Source: Mayamaea pseudoterrestris (lineage: Eukaryota). Taken from it: 64,000 nucleotides of DNA. This document shows positions 10,504 to 21,491 of the stretch, piece by piece. The DNA is taken from assembly GCA_027923505.1 (NCBI GenBank), contig BROI01000010.1, positions 930,001 to 994,000 on the forward strand. The letters are read 5' to 3'. Under the pieces are notes generated by a model, which saw only the letters and a program-made list of their open reading frames with translations, ran no database searches and had not been told where the DNA came from. Made by a program: the position numbers and the translations under genes. Within the stretch, counting starts at the first letter, position 1, and every line of letters starts with the position of its first letter.

Positions 10504-12147
10504 ATGTCTCGTCGTCCATTGAATAACAAACTTGAATGTTCTGACAATGAGATGAGCGATAGAAGAATCAATGACTCGAGTAGTAGTGACGAGAGTGACA
10601 GTGGCTCATCGTCATCATCGTCGTTTTCGTCTTCGGCATCATCGGATGACAATCAAAGCAATCAACATTCTTCAAAATCTCCAGCAAGCAGCAATCAGCA
10701 GTCTATTCCTTTTCTACGCAGACGGAATACGTCTACATCGTCGTTAACCAGTTTAGTGAGAGTTGAAAGTGAAGACCAACGCAAACGCCAACAAGGACCT
10801 TGTTTGCGCAAATGGATTTTGCTGCGACGAAGAGTGAGATCAGCCTCGACAATCGACTCGCATACGCATGAAAACATTCTCAGTGCATGCGGAACTTTGT
10901 TTCTTGGAACATCCTTTACTGTATGGTTGATTTTGATGCTTTTTCCTGGAGATTCCGTCTCGTATCATTCCAGAACGAGAGGACGTCGCCACAATCATTA
11001 TTCTCGCGCTCAAAGCAACAACAACCAACCTGAGTCACCATTCACGATGAAACGATTCATTAGAGGAGTCGCTGGAAGCATTGTACATCGAATGGACCAC
11101 CGTGCCAAGCAGGATCGAGCCGAACGCTCCGACCAGAAACGACGCAACGCTGAGGCGCTTCAACTCGGCTGCGTGAGACCCGATTGGCAGACTCGCTCCT
11201 ACACGACGCTTGATATCCATGAAATTGATCTTACGTCTATCCTTTTTGGCAAGCATTTAGTACATTCATCTCCTTCGCCTGAACCAGGCTACTTATCGGC
11301 TGGACTATGGCGAAGCGTTTGGGTTGTCTATCCGCGCGACGCCAAGACACCAACAGTCTTGAAAATGATGAAGCCGGAACATCCAGTCGATGATCGAAAC
11401 ATGGATCGACATCGACGCGATGCTATTGTTATGGAGCGATTGACATCCAATCATTTTGTTGCCAGTATCTACGCGCATGTTGGGTACTCCGTCTTGACGG
11501 AATATGTTAGAACAACACTTGACACTGTCTTGTTTCATTCGCATATGCAAGAAGAAGGGTCAATTTCATATGCAGCAACTGCAACACGAGAAACGCCAAT
11601 GGGTCGACTCAAACTGGCATTGGGTGTGGCCAACGGCATTCGAGCGCTCCATTCTGTCACTGATGGTCCAATTGTGCACGCCGACGTGCAAGCCAAGCAA
11701 TTTTTGGTGACCCCAGAGGGAATTGTCAAAGTCAACGATTTCAACCGCTGTCGATTCATGGCGCATCACAATGAATCACATGCGTCGTGCTCATTCAAGA
11801 TTCCATCTGCGCCTGGTAAGCACCGAGCACCTGAAGAATACTCCTACACCCAGCTCGATCAACAATTGGATATATACTCAATGGCTCATGTTTTGTATGG
11901 TATTTTATCGGGTGATGACCCGTGGCGGGGCTGGTCGTCGTCGGAAGTGAAACGCGTTGTCATGGACGGATACAAGCCAGTCGTTCCAGAGCAGTTTCGT
12001 GTAAGTAACACGACGGATGAACGTCTACATCAATTGATGCTGCGGACCTATACTTTAAATCCAACTGAGCGCATTACAGCCGCTGAGTTGGTGCACGAAA
12101 TAGAGGCTTTGCTGCAGCAACATGCAAACGATTGGATATTACATTGA
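10504..12147 (+). CDS. Single-pass membrane protein kinase-like protein (PKDCC/VLK-like catalytic motifs)
   Basis: Ser-rich N-terminus, TM segment (LFLGTSFTVWLILMLF), then a kinase fold: YLSAGLWRSVW, VLKMM, HADVQAKQF, VNDFNR, HRAPEE, DIYSMAHVL. The ORF is open from ATG 10222, so the true start is uncertain. Confidence 0.85.
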   Translation: MSRRPLNNKLECSDNEMSDRRINDSSSSDESDSGSSSSSSFSSSASSDDNQSNQHSSKSPASSNQQSIPFLRRRNTSTSSLTSLVRVESEDQRKRQQGPCLRKWILLRRRVRSASTIDSHTHENILSACGTLFLGTSFTVWLILMLFPGDSVSYHSRTRGRRHNHYSRAQSNNNQPESPFTMKRFIRGVAGSIVHRMDHRAKQDRAERSDQKRRNAEALQLGCVRPDWQTRSYTTLDIHEIDLTSILFGKHLVHSSPSPEPGYLSAGLWRSVWVVYPRDAKTPTVLKMMKPEHPVDDRNMDRHRRDAIVMERLTSNHFVASIYAHVGYSVLTEYVRTTLDTVLFHSHMQEEGSISYAATATRETPMGRLKLALGVANGIRALHSVTDGPIVHADVQAKQFLVTPEGIVKVNDFNRCRFMAHHNESHASCSFKIPSAPGKHRAPEEYSYTQLDQQLDIYSMAHVLYGILSGDDPWRGWSSSEVKRVVMDGYKPVVPEQFRVSNTTDERLHQLMLRTYTLNPTERITAAELVHEIEALLQQHANDWILH

Positions 12148-13406
12148 AGGATGAGAACTGCTTCAAGCGTGTTATCCAAGCGTTGATCGTATATGCATTT
12201 GGAGTAGCAATTTTTGGTATCGGAGAATAGTTGCAAATGTCATTGTGCGTATCCTGGTTGCAGCTTCTGCCAAGTTGGCGAAAACCATTTCGTTTAGAGC
12301 GATGAACGCATGCATACGACTGTACAAGATAAGCGAACATTGATGAGACGATGTTACTCGCAAGCAAGTAATGCACATTGCCGTCGAAGTTGACGGGTAA
12401 AGAAGGAGCTCATCTGACTGCCGAAACCAAATAAAAACAGGGAACAGGCATTGGCAGCAAGTGCTTTGACAGACGAGCTCGTGGCTGCACCGTTGTCGTT
12501 CGTCCTTGTCGAACCCTTGCATGAATCCTACTGACGGCATTAGAGCCAGTGGCTTTATTATATGCAATTGTCGCTTGCACTAGCAGCAGCAGAAGCGCAA
12601 CCACCCCTGGATCAGCTTTGTCTGTTTTAAAGCGCCACTATCATGGAATTCTAGACGGCAATCAAGGATATTTCAGGAACAAACTCCCGTTGGCAACGGC
12701 GCACGCCGTCGCGAATTTGTCGTTCCGGCCACTCCTTACCATGCCCCCTAGATACGATCCATAGCATTGCAATTCTTGCAGTTTGTTGTTCTTGAGCGAG
12801 CCGTACAAATTTGGCTACCGTAGCTTGGCGTCTCCGATAACGTTCGCTTTGATCGTGGAAAGTAAAGGTGCAATGCGACTGTCGGATGCACAAACTCGAC
12901 GGCTCTTTGATTCGCATCATACCTGATGTCTAGCTGATATTAGCAATGGGTTTTGCAATTTGATTTGCTTATTCAAATTCAGTATTGTTCGATCATTTAT
13001 TTGCTTCGGCGTGTTTTCAAATTGTTCCAGCCAATTGGAAAAAGTCCCACTCGTCCAATGTAGGAAGGGGCCTCGCAAGCATCAAGCGTGGATAGGGTGA
13101 CGTTGGATGTTGTATGTTGTCAAACAAAGTAAACAAATGAGTTAGCTAAAATTGATGGCATCGCCGTAAGTTGCATGGTCGCTGGATCCATATTCGAAAA
13201 GTCCGTCGGCTAAATTCGACCTGGTCCACATTGGCTAGCGTTAGATGTTAAAAAATGGTGCTTGACGAAAATGGCCAAGTCGGAGAACGACATTGCACAT
13301 TCCAGTCAGCTTCTTTCTAGCTAGGGAAGGGTCTGCACAAAAAGATGAAAAATTGTTTGTTTACAGTCATTATATATCTAATATTCGTTCGAGGCAGTAC
13401 TGAGCG

Positions 13407-13507
13407 CTCGCGATAGCTCAGATGGTAGAGCGGTGGACTGTAGCGGAAACAGGGTAGCTCCTGTAACTGAAATCCATCGGTCGAGTGTTCGATTCACTCT
13501 CGCGAGA
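13407..13507 (+). tRNA. trnY: tRNA-Tyr(GUA) with a 28-nt intron (13444-13471)
   Basis: Acceptor stem CTCGCGA/TCGCGAG plus discriminator A, D-arm TAGCTCAGATGGTAGAGC, anticodon stem GTGGA/TCCAT with GTA at 13440-13442, intron at canonical 37/38, T-arm GAGTG-TTCGATT-CACTC, and a downstream T-rich tract. Confidence 0.95.
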
Positions 13508-14399
13508 TTCTTTTGTTTACTCGCAAAATGAATTTTTGCCGCCAGCTCCAAATGTGGTTGGGCAACCATTTGCGATCGTTTGCTTCAAAAGCGTGAGACA
13601 GAAATGTAGCATAGTTGTACGTTAGCATGCATTGTGCAGCCTTTCAAGTATTCTGCGTAGTGTACCCGAGATCCCGCGTGCGGTTATTGCATGGTGCCTG
13701 CATTCACAGCTACGATAAAGATGATAAAATCCTTACTTGCTTATCTTTGTGGTACGTCAACGAGCGCTAACGCCGACACGCTTGCCGCTCCTTTTACTTG
13801 GCATTACTGAGGCACATCCAATTTACTAGCGGGAATGCAACAGGGCACGATTCGTCGTACATTGCCGAACATGGATCTAATCGTTCCTCTCAAAACGTCT
13901 TCTCAGTCCATCAAGTACGGGTAGTCACACTTTCAGTAGCGCAGGAGTCGGCATGTGAAATGGTGAGTTTCACGGACGAACACGGCCATTCATCTCCATG
14001 GCAGCAATTTCCAAACCAATGGCGCAAAATTTTGTCGGGGAACGATTGAGCAGATGCACCATAAATATCTCTCTTTATCTAGCTAGCGATGGGCCACGAC
14101 CCTCGTGCTTGTCGCTAGACTGAGCATGGCGTAGTTCAATGGTTCCGACACACATATTGCGAAATTTTTTATATGGACCACTCGATACTCAATAGACTAA
14201 TGCCCAAAGGCAATCGTTTCCTCATGAGAGTTTCAGACCCATGGCCAATCCAAGCTATTAGCCTTCCCATGCTTGCGCAGGCCGCGAAATGCGGGGCACA
14301 GTCTCGAACCAAGCAAAATCGAGTTCTTCAAACCGACGCTCACGTATCGCTTAACGATTTCACGGTGATCCGCTTCAAAATGGAGCTACGCTAGCCGAG

Positions 14400-14490
14400 G
14401 CGTTGGTTTCCGAAGACATGACAGTAGGTGGCAACGTGTTCGCGTAGCGTTGGTTTCCGAAGACATGACGGTAGGTAGCAACGTGTTCGG
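14400..14490. repeat. Tandem duplication, 47-bp period, 2 copies
   Basis: GCGTTGGTTTCCGAAGACATGACRGTAGGTRGCAACGTGTTCG at 14400 and 14447. Confidence 0.85.
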
Positions 14491-15325
14491 AATTAGACAG
14501 GATTTGCGAGGCGTCGCGACCTGCAGATTAAGGGGATTGCTCGTCTCTAGTATTTGTAAAAAAGGCAACGTTCCGATTGCAGAGAAACATTCCGGCAACA
14601 ATATACTGTCAACAATAAAATGTCCAGTCGGACGTTCATGCTCTGTTTTGGCGTTTTGGGCAGGTAAATCGCCACAGAATTGCACATGGCCATCGCGCAC
14701 AATTCAGGTCATTCTCCAGCTTCTTGTCGACTGCTGCATCACCGTTGTTTGTCGACCGGCTGTTGCCTCTCCGTTGACAGTGAACAGTGAACGTTGTTGT
14801 CTACGTCTCGTCGACCTGGACTGGTGGTAACCCAAGTCGGCGTCAACCAGTTCCAGCAAAAGCTTGCATAAAAAGCAGGCATGAATCTATCGTCGAAGAA
14901 GAGTATTCGAACAAGTCATGCGCGAAGCGTCAAGCCAATGTGCGATGTGCGATGTGTCGCTTGTCGTCGATGTGACAAATCAAGCGACCTTCACCTTCCA
15001 GTTTTTGCCATGTGGATCTTTCGTCGTGCATTAATGATATAGACAGTACCAGCCAGCATCTAGATTTGTAGCATGTCGACTGCTCGTCAGTGAATCCTTC
15101 GGTTCGTATCATCACAGCTCACTATTTATTTCTCGTTAGTTGTGCGAGGTTTGGAAGAATTGAAGAAATCGACTCTCGGGCGAAAAGCGAAAAGCAAATC
15201 GAAACTGTCACGCGTCGCATCGGTTTACAAAAGTTGCGCTGCGACATTTAGGTCACCGCCACGAATGAGACGATGAGACTGTGCACGCTGCACGCGCATT
15301 ACAGAATCCGCTTTGCTTGATCAGT

Positions 15326-17101
15326 ATGACGGCGACGAACAAAGACGACCTTATTCCCGGGCAGCAAAGGAGCGAATCATCACCAGACTGTCCATACTTG
15401 GATACAATCAATCGATCGCTTCTCGATTTCGACTTGGAACGAGCCTGCAGCGTCACACTCACCAAGGGCAACGTTTACGCATGCTTGGTTTGCGGCAAGT
15501 ACTTGAGGGGACGGGGACCACAGACTCCCGCATGCATTCACGCCGTAGAAGACTCGCACTATGTCTTTGTTCACTTGGAGAAAGGGACCTTCCATTGCTT
15601 GCCGGATGACTACGTCATTCATGACTCGTCGTTGAATGACATTCGAGCGGCCCTCCACCCAAGCTTTTCCACGGAGCAAGTAAAACACATTGATTCTACG
15701 GAATCAAGTCAGGACTTGTTTGGACGTCAGTACTTGCCGGGTTTCATCGGAATCAGTAATTTGAACAAGACTGATGGAATCAACTGCGTCGTGCAGACGC
15801 TCGCTCATGTTCCTCCCTTGCGAGACTACTTTTTACTCTCCCAATCGCCTTCGTCGTCGAGTAGCAACAAACTAGCGAACCAAGTCACGGAAGCTTTTGC
15901 ACAACTTGTCCGGAAACTATGGAGTCGAGGTCGCTTCAAGTCCACTGTTGATCCGCATGATTTAATACACGCTATATCCGTGGCGTCCCACAAAAAGTAT
16001 GGCGTTGGAGCACAATGCGAGGCTGGAGAATTGATGACATGGATGCTTCACCAGCTGCACGTTGGAACAGGAGGGACCCACAAACCAAAGAGCAGTATCA
16101 TTTACAAAACGTTTCAGGGCAAACTTCGAGTTACAACCAAGGAAAAGAAGCGAAAAGTCGTGCATGAGCTACATCAGCAAGATGTTGCAGACTTCGAAAA
16201 TACTTGGGACGACAATGACGACGATGCAACAATCGATGACATGACGTCTCCAGCTATACCAGAATCATCCTTGCCCGAGTATATCATTCAGGAAAGTGTC
16301 ACAAACACGCACTTTCTACAGCTTACGCTTGACTTGCCCGACAAGCCGTTGTTTCGCGACGGAGACGGCGGACTGGTCATTCCACAGGAGCCGCTTGCCG
16401 CTGTTTTGAAGAAGTTTGACGGTCTTACTTTTTCCGACGCTATCACTAGGAGCGGAGTCAGCCAGCGCAAACAGTATCGCTTGCTGCAGCTTCCAAACTA
16501 CCTGATCCTTTGCTTGGCGCGATTCAAGAAGAATAGTTACACGCGCGTGAAGAATCCAACCATTGTCGCCTTTCCTGTCAAAAATTTGGACCTTGGCGAG
16601 TATGTCAAGCCGGACAAGGAGCGAGAAACGGCTCCAGCCAAGGAGCAAGTGGAGCAAATGAGTGTACGTACTCTCGCGCCGAGTTGTTTCCATTTTATTT
16701 CGTTTCTCACTCATTGTCGTGCATGTACTGATCGCCAATAGATGAAGCAAATAAAGGAACTATTGATTCGTCACGACCGCAAGGACATTGCAGATGCTGC
16801 CGTGGAGAAAAAGGACTTGCTGCAAGCGACTGTGGATTTTTGCACGACCAGCTTACCAACGCTTTTGGCCGACAAGTATGACTTGCTGGCGAATATAACG
16901 CATGTGAGCCCGGCTGACGTTGGGCGGGAAGGAACGCGGGACGCTTTGGAGGAAGGATACTACAAATGTCACGTACATGACCGTGGCAGCAAGCAATGGT
17001 TTGAGATCCATGACGATGTTGTGACGGAAATAATGCCGCAGCAGATTGGTTTGAGCGAGAGTTACTTGCTAATCTTTGAGCGAAAATCAGCGCAGAAGTG
17101 A
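15326..17101 (+). CDS. USP39: U4/U6.U5 tri-snRNP-associated protein 2 (USP39/Sad1), inactive USP; exons 15326-16663 and 16742-17101
   Basis: CPYLDTINRSLLDFD, ZnF-UBP (CSVTL..NVYACLVCGKY), YLPGFIG.SN, catalytic Cys position replaced by Asp (NKTD), KNPTIVAFP, YDLLANITH, MPQQIGLSESY; intron GTACGT..AATAG at 16664-16741. Start codon approximate. Confidence 0.93.
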
Positions 17102-17145
17102 ATAACACTGTTTATAAATGTTCATTACCGGTAGTCCATGACTTG

Positions 17146-17985
17146 CTATAATTCGCACTTTTTCGCCGCGTCCCCAGTGTCGTTTTCATTCTTGTCGTTC
17201 ATCGGCGGCAGAAACCAACGAAACAAGTCGGCGTTATCTCGGACAAACTGTCGATCCAATTGCTGCGAGTCGCACCATGTTTGTATTGCTTGCTCTCGAC
17301 GGGACGTCTCGTCGTCTGATTGTTCGGTGTAAACGTGAGTGTTGGCAGTGTTTGATGCAACCAATGTCTTGACCGGTGGAGATGCCGTCGGTAAGCCTGG
17401 TAATTGGGCATTGCTATTGGCACAGCTGCTATTTCCCTCTCGCATCAACATGGATATTGCTTCCTCCGGAGGTAATGTCCAGTCTTCAAATGCCGGTAGA
17501 TTCGATTCTTGTTCCTTTCGTCGACAGCGTTCGACATGAAGTGTTGCCAGTGGTAGCAAGCTGGCTGTCATCATGTCTTCCAGCACGACACCGACGGCTT
17601 CTATGGCGGAAGCGTCAAAACTTTCCCAAGGCAGCGGCTTGTGATGCAGGGGTACTCGAATAGCTTCTGGTAGTTGCTGGTGCCGTAACTCTTGTTCTCG
17701 TCTTGTCACTTCCTGTTGCTGAAGAATCTCGCAGGCTGCTTGGTTGATATACGCGTGGACGGATGGAGGTAGCGGATCGTTCGATAGTCCAATCAATGGA
17801 TTGTGACTCGGCAGAGGCATGGGACTCTGCTGATGCGTCGCCCAGCCGATTAAATGAGCAATCTCAAGCTGGGACATGTGATTTGGAAACAACGCTTCGC
17901 CCCAGTAGCTTTGAGCAAATTCGTGTTCGTTCCAGTCAATTCCATCGTCGTCAAGGTGATTGCAGTCATCATTTGCCTCATCCAT
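17146..17985 (-). CDS. Hypothetical protein
   Basis: Long ORF with protein-like composition (FDASAIEAVGVVLEDMMTASLLPLA, WTLPPEEAI); first ATG at 17985; possible upstream exon unresolved. Confidence 0.55.
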   Translation of the reverse strand: MDEANDDCNHLDDDGIDWNEHEFAQSYWGEALFPNHMSQLEIAHLIGWATHQQSPMPLPSHNPLIGLSNDPLPPSVHAYINQAACEILQQQEVTRREQELRHQQLPEAIRVPLHHKPLPWESFDASAIEAVGVVLEDMMTASLLPLATLHVERCRRKEQESNLPAFEDWTLPPEEAISMLMREGNSSCANSNAQLPGLPTASPPVKTLVASNTANTHVYTEQSDDETSRREQAIQTWCDSQQLDRQFVRDNADLFRWFLPPMNDKNENDTGDAAKKCEL

Positions 17986-18250
17986 GCCGTCGCCGAGCGT
18001 AGAGACGAGTCTGCCGCTGGTATACAAACACAATACTATATGCAAGGCAGTTCTTCGTGTTGTTCGTCGAAAAAAAAAAAATTGGATGGTTCGGGTGTTA
18101 GTGCCGGTACGTTTCACGACACATTCGGATTGTCATGAAGGGTTAAGTAACAATAATGAAAACTTGTCAGGAAGGGTTAAGTAAGAAACATCTTGCCGTG
18201 AAAACTCCCGGGTGAGAAAACATCCTTCGACCACACAGTTTCACGCCACC

Positions 18251-19288
18251 ATGGGTTTGCTTTCAGGCGCCGCCTTTCGCATGTTGCACGCTCCCAGAAG
18301 GGGACTGGGTCTTGCAACTTGTATGGAAGCATTTCAAAATGCAAGAATCACCATTTTGGCTCCTCAATTGCGCAATCTCGCAGCTGCAGCAGCTGCTGCT
18401 TCAAAATCCAAATCGTCACTCAAGGTCGCAGCAGCCGCGCCAGCCCTCAACTACTTTGAAAGCAAAATGGCCGCCAAGGAGCGTCGACGAGAACTATATG
18501 AAGCTCGCCAGGAGCGCATTGCGCGCCTTCCATATCGCCGTGCCGGTCGTCCGCGCGATCAGTTGCGCCGCGACTTTCGCAATTGGTTCATTCGTCGCAA
18601 AGTGAATGACGAGTATTTGGAGCGCAAGGCTCGACAAGCTGGAATGGGATGGAAGCATCAAGTCGCAGTCATTTTGGAGCGTCTTCCTGTTGTTCTTCCA
18701 GACATTGAACCATGGGAACAAGATTATCTTGACCTTGAGGCGCACATGGCGCAGTACGGAAAGATGTATCCCAAGGAATTCATGGAACAGGTGGACGACT
18801 CTACGACTATACCCACGACGATGGAAGATTTGATGCAGTTTTTGCCAAAGGGATATATTCCAGCGCCGCGAGAGACAGAGGCAGACGCGACTGGAGACCT
18901 TCGAACTACAAATCGTAAGTTAAAGACGAGCATTTACTTGGCTGTACAGGAAGCAGATGGATTCTGGCAATTGCCGACGGTTGCACTGCGCGACGATGAA
19001 ACTTTAATCGAAGCAACTAAGCGAGCAATGCAAACCAAGATTGGAAGTCAAGTAGAGTTTTGGTGCCCATCAAACGCTCCCTTTGCGGTGGAGTTGAAGA
19101 AGGCAAGCGACGCTGGCTTTTTTGGTACCAAGACATTTTTCGTCAAGATTCAATACGATGAAGGCAGTGTTATCGCGTCGGACTTGGCTGCGGATGACTT
19201 TGCATGGTTGGAGGGACAGGAATTGGCCAACAGAGTGAAGCAGGAGCAAGGCGACGATGCTGCCAAATTTTACAAGTACTTGCTGTAG
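18251..19288 (+). CDS. MRPL46: Mitochondrial ribosomal protein mL46
   Basis: Mitochondrial-type R/A/L-rich presequence; ILERLPVV..DIEPWE, PAPRETEADATGDLRTTNRKL..SIYL, NUDIX-like WQLP..ETL..A, GTKTFF and DFAWL motifs. Confidence 0.85.
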   Translation: MGLLSGAAFRMLHAPRRGLGLATCMEAFQNARITILAPQLRNLAAAAAAASKSKSSLKVAAAAPALNYFESKMAAKERRRELYEARQERIARLPYRRAGRPRDQLRRDFRNWFIRRKVNDEYLERKARQAGMGWKHQVAVILERLPVVLPDIEPWEQDYLDLEAHMAQYGKMYPKEFMEQVDDSTTIPTTMEDLMQFLPKGYIPAPRETEADATGDLRTTNRKLKTSIYLAVQEADGFWQLPTVALRDDETLIEATKRAMQTKIGSQVEFWCPSNAPFAVELKKASDAGFFGTKTFFVKIQYDEGSVIASDLAADDFAWLEGQELANRVKQEQGDDAAKFYKYLL

Positions 19289-19339
19289 TTTCTAATGATT
19301 AATCTTCCGCGTACAGTACGACACCTCATCTCTATTATG

Positions 19340-20455
19340 TTACTTGCGACGTTTACCGCGTTTAGGCTTGACTGTTGCCGTTCCCGGTAAAGTTCTTTCC
19401 AAAGTATGATTTGCCTTTTGTAAAAGCGATCCAAGTTCCTTGGCGTCTCGACCAATGATACTCATCGTCTGCTGTTCAAGGTTACTGTAGGTTATTGACA
19501 TGTATCGAGAGTAGTTAGCTGTGCAAACGGAGCAGCAAATTAAGCCACCAGGTCCATCAACGGGACACGCTTGTGCGTACACACTTGGATCGTCCGTATC
19601 GAACGGATGAGGGTCCCAGCTGTAGTCGCCCATTCTTGAAACAGAACTGGTATCTTGCTGCTGCTGCTGCTGCTGCTGCTGCATATCAAAATTATCTTGT
19701 CGACTGTCGGCGCCGTCATGTTCGATTGCCGATTCATCGGGAGCCGTGGCATCAAATTCTTGCTCATGAATTTCGTCTTGCTTCTCGCCAGCATCATTAT
19801 CATTGTCGCTGCTCTCACACGCACTGTCGGGTTCAAACTTTACAGTCTTTTGCTCACTATCAGTTTTTAGTTGGCTGTTTGCAACTTTGGTTCGCCGTAG
19901 CCGCTCTCGCACCGTCTTTGTTTTTCTGCGAAGCGCCAAGTATTCGTGCTCTGTCATGTTCCAATCCTTCAACTGCTGCAAGAGTATGGATCGATTTCTC
20001 GCTTTGACTCCTGCGCTAATCTTGGCCTTGTCTGTTCCAGACCTTTCCTTGTTCTTGTTCCATGGAGTCTTGCCGCGGTTCGCCTTGGAAATCTTCATTT
20101 TGCTTTCAATGTCGTGCGCGTAGCCTCCTCGCTCCGTCAAGCGATTGCCATTCTTGTCATATAGTGGACGAGATGCAGTGTAGGTTGCCTTTGAACGCTT
20201 CATACTGGTAGCTGGCTTATACTTCTTTCGAGCCGTTGGTTTCATAGCTTCGTCTGCAAGGTCATTATCTGCAGCATCGTCCTCGGCCGCATCGTCAATC
20301 ACGTCGTCGTCGTCGTCGTCATCAGCCTGCAGCGATACATCCGACTCGACCTCATATTCACTTTCTTCGTCCTCGCTGTCGTCGGATGACGACTTGTGCT
20401 TTCTTTTCTTCTCGTTCTTTTTCTTTGGCATGAGACGGGTAGTTGTGGAGGTCAT
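19340..20455 (-). CDS. Predicted nuclear protein with NUMOD3-like DNA-binding motifs
   Basis: GGYAHDIESKMKISKANRGKTPWNK..DKAKISAG matches the H..E.K.KIS...G..PWNK pattern; basic and acidic N-terminus, polyQ from a CAG tract, and a Cys cluster CPVDGPGGLICCSVC. Confidence 0.7.
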   Translation of the reverse strand: MTSTTTRLMPKKKNEKKRKHKSSSDDSEDEESEYEVESDVSLQADDDDDDDVIDDAAEDDAADNDLADEAMKPTARKKYKPATSMKRSKATYTASRPLYDKNGNRLTERGGYAHDIESKMKISKANRGKTPWNKNKERSGTDKAKISAGVKARNRSILLQQLKDWNMTEHEYLALRRKTKTVRERLRRTKVANSQLKTDSEQKTVKFEPDSACESSDNDNDAGEKQDEIHEQEFDATAPDESAIEHDGADSRQDNFDMQQQQQQQQQDTSSVSRMGDYSWDPHPFDTDDPSVYAQACPVDGPGGLICCSVCTANYSRYMSITYSNLEQQTMSIIGRDAKELGSLLQKANHTLERTLPGTATVKPKRGKRRK

Positions 20456-20866
20456 TGACAGTGAGGCAGGGCAGCAGCATCCATTCGTTTTGTTCCGTCA
20501 AAATCACTCCGCCGCGCCATTCATGTTGAAACTGACAAGCTTTCACGCCAGGCAATGGTATGAAAAGAATGAAACACCTGTTTAACATATTGAAAACGAC
20601 AAAACGGCTATAGTACGAAACAAGAAGAATATCAACCATCTGCCAATGAAAACGATACACGTGGCGATCAACAAGGCAAGAGGCTCGCTGCCATCACGAT
20701 TCGGAAGGCATTCGAGCGTCGTTGAGTTGGAGCTGGTAAGTTGTTCAAGTATTAAATGTTATTACTGTATGCAGGAGCTCACTTTCATATTAACTGACTG
20801 GACAGTTTTTTACATAGCAAACCATTACAGAGACAAGGAACGTCAGACATTAAAATTACTCGAGAA

Positions 20867-21361
20867 ATGGGCCACACAAACACTCGACAAAAGCAAGCCA
20901 AGGAGGAGCTCGATAACAAGCTTCGACTTTCGACCCCGACGCGCGAACTCTTGGAGGAACTCGCCATTGAATGCAGCAAGAATACCAATGATCAAGCGGC
21001 CAGTTTTCAGTACGCGTTTGCCTTGTCGAAGTCCAGTGTTCCGTCGGAGCTTCGCTACGCTGTCACTATATTGGATGGACTCGTCAATAATGGCTACGAT
21101 TTTCAAGTGGACGCCATGTATGGAGCTGCGACGGCCTTGTACCTGTTGGGAGACTTTCAGGAGGTTCGTGATCGATGCGAAGCGATTCTTCGGAGTCATC
21201 CGGACAGTCGCGTCGCCAAGGAATTACATTTAGCGGCGATTGAATCGGACGAGCAGCAGCAGATTGAACAAGCCAAGAAGATGGCGCGGAATGGAATGAT
21301 TGCGGCCACAGCTGTGGGTATCGGGGCTGCCGCTTTGTCACTTTTGTTGAAGAAGCATTAG
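20867..21361 (+). CDS. FIS1: Mitochondrial fission protein Fis1
   Basis: FQYAFALSKS, TPR-like DAMYGAATALYLLGDF..ILRSHPDS..A.EL, C-terminal TM tail ending in KKH. Confidence 0.85.
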   Translation: MGHTNTRQKQAKEELDNKLRLSTPTRELLEELAIECSKNTNDQAASFQYAFALSKSSVPSELRYAVTILDGLVNNGYDFQVDAMYGAATALYLLGDFQEVRDRCEAILRSHPDSRVAKELHLAAIESDEQQQIEQAKKMARNGMIAATAVGIGAAALSLLLKKH

Positions 21362-21491
21362 TTGGATATTGCAATGATTGACAGCATTGAAGAGCGACGA
21401 ATCATGTATCGTCGGAAACGGTGAATGGCAAATGGTGATAATAGTTTATATGCATTTAAATTAAAGCAGTATTGGAAGTAGTAGTAGTGCT

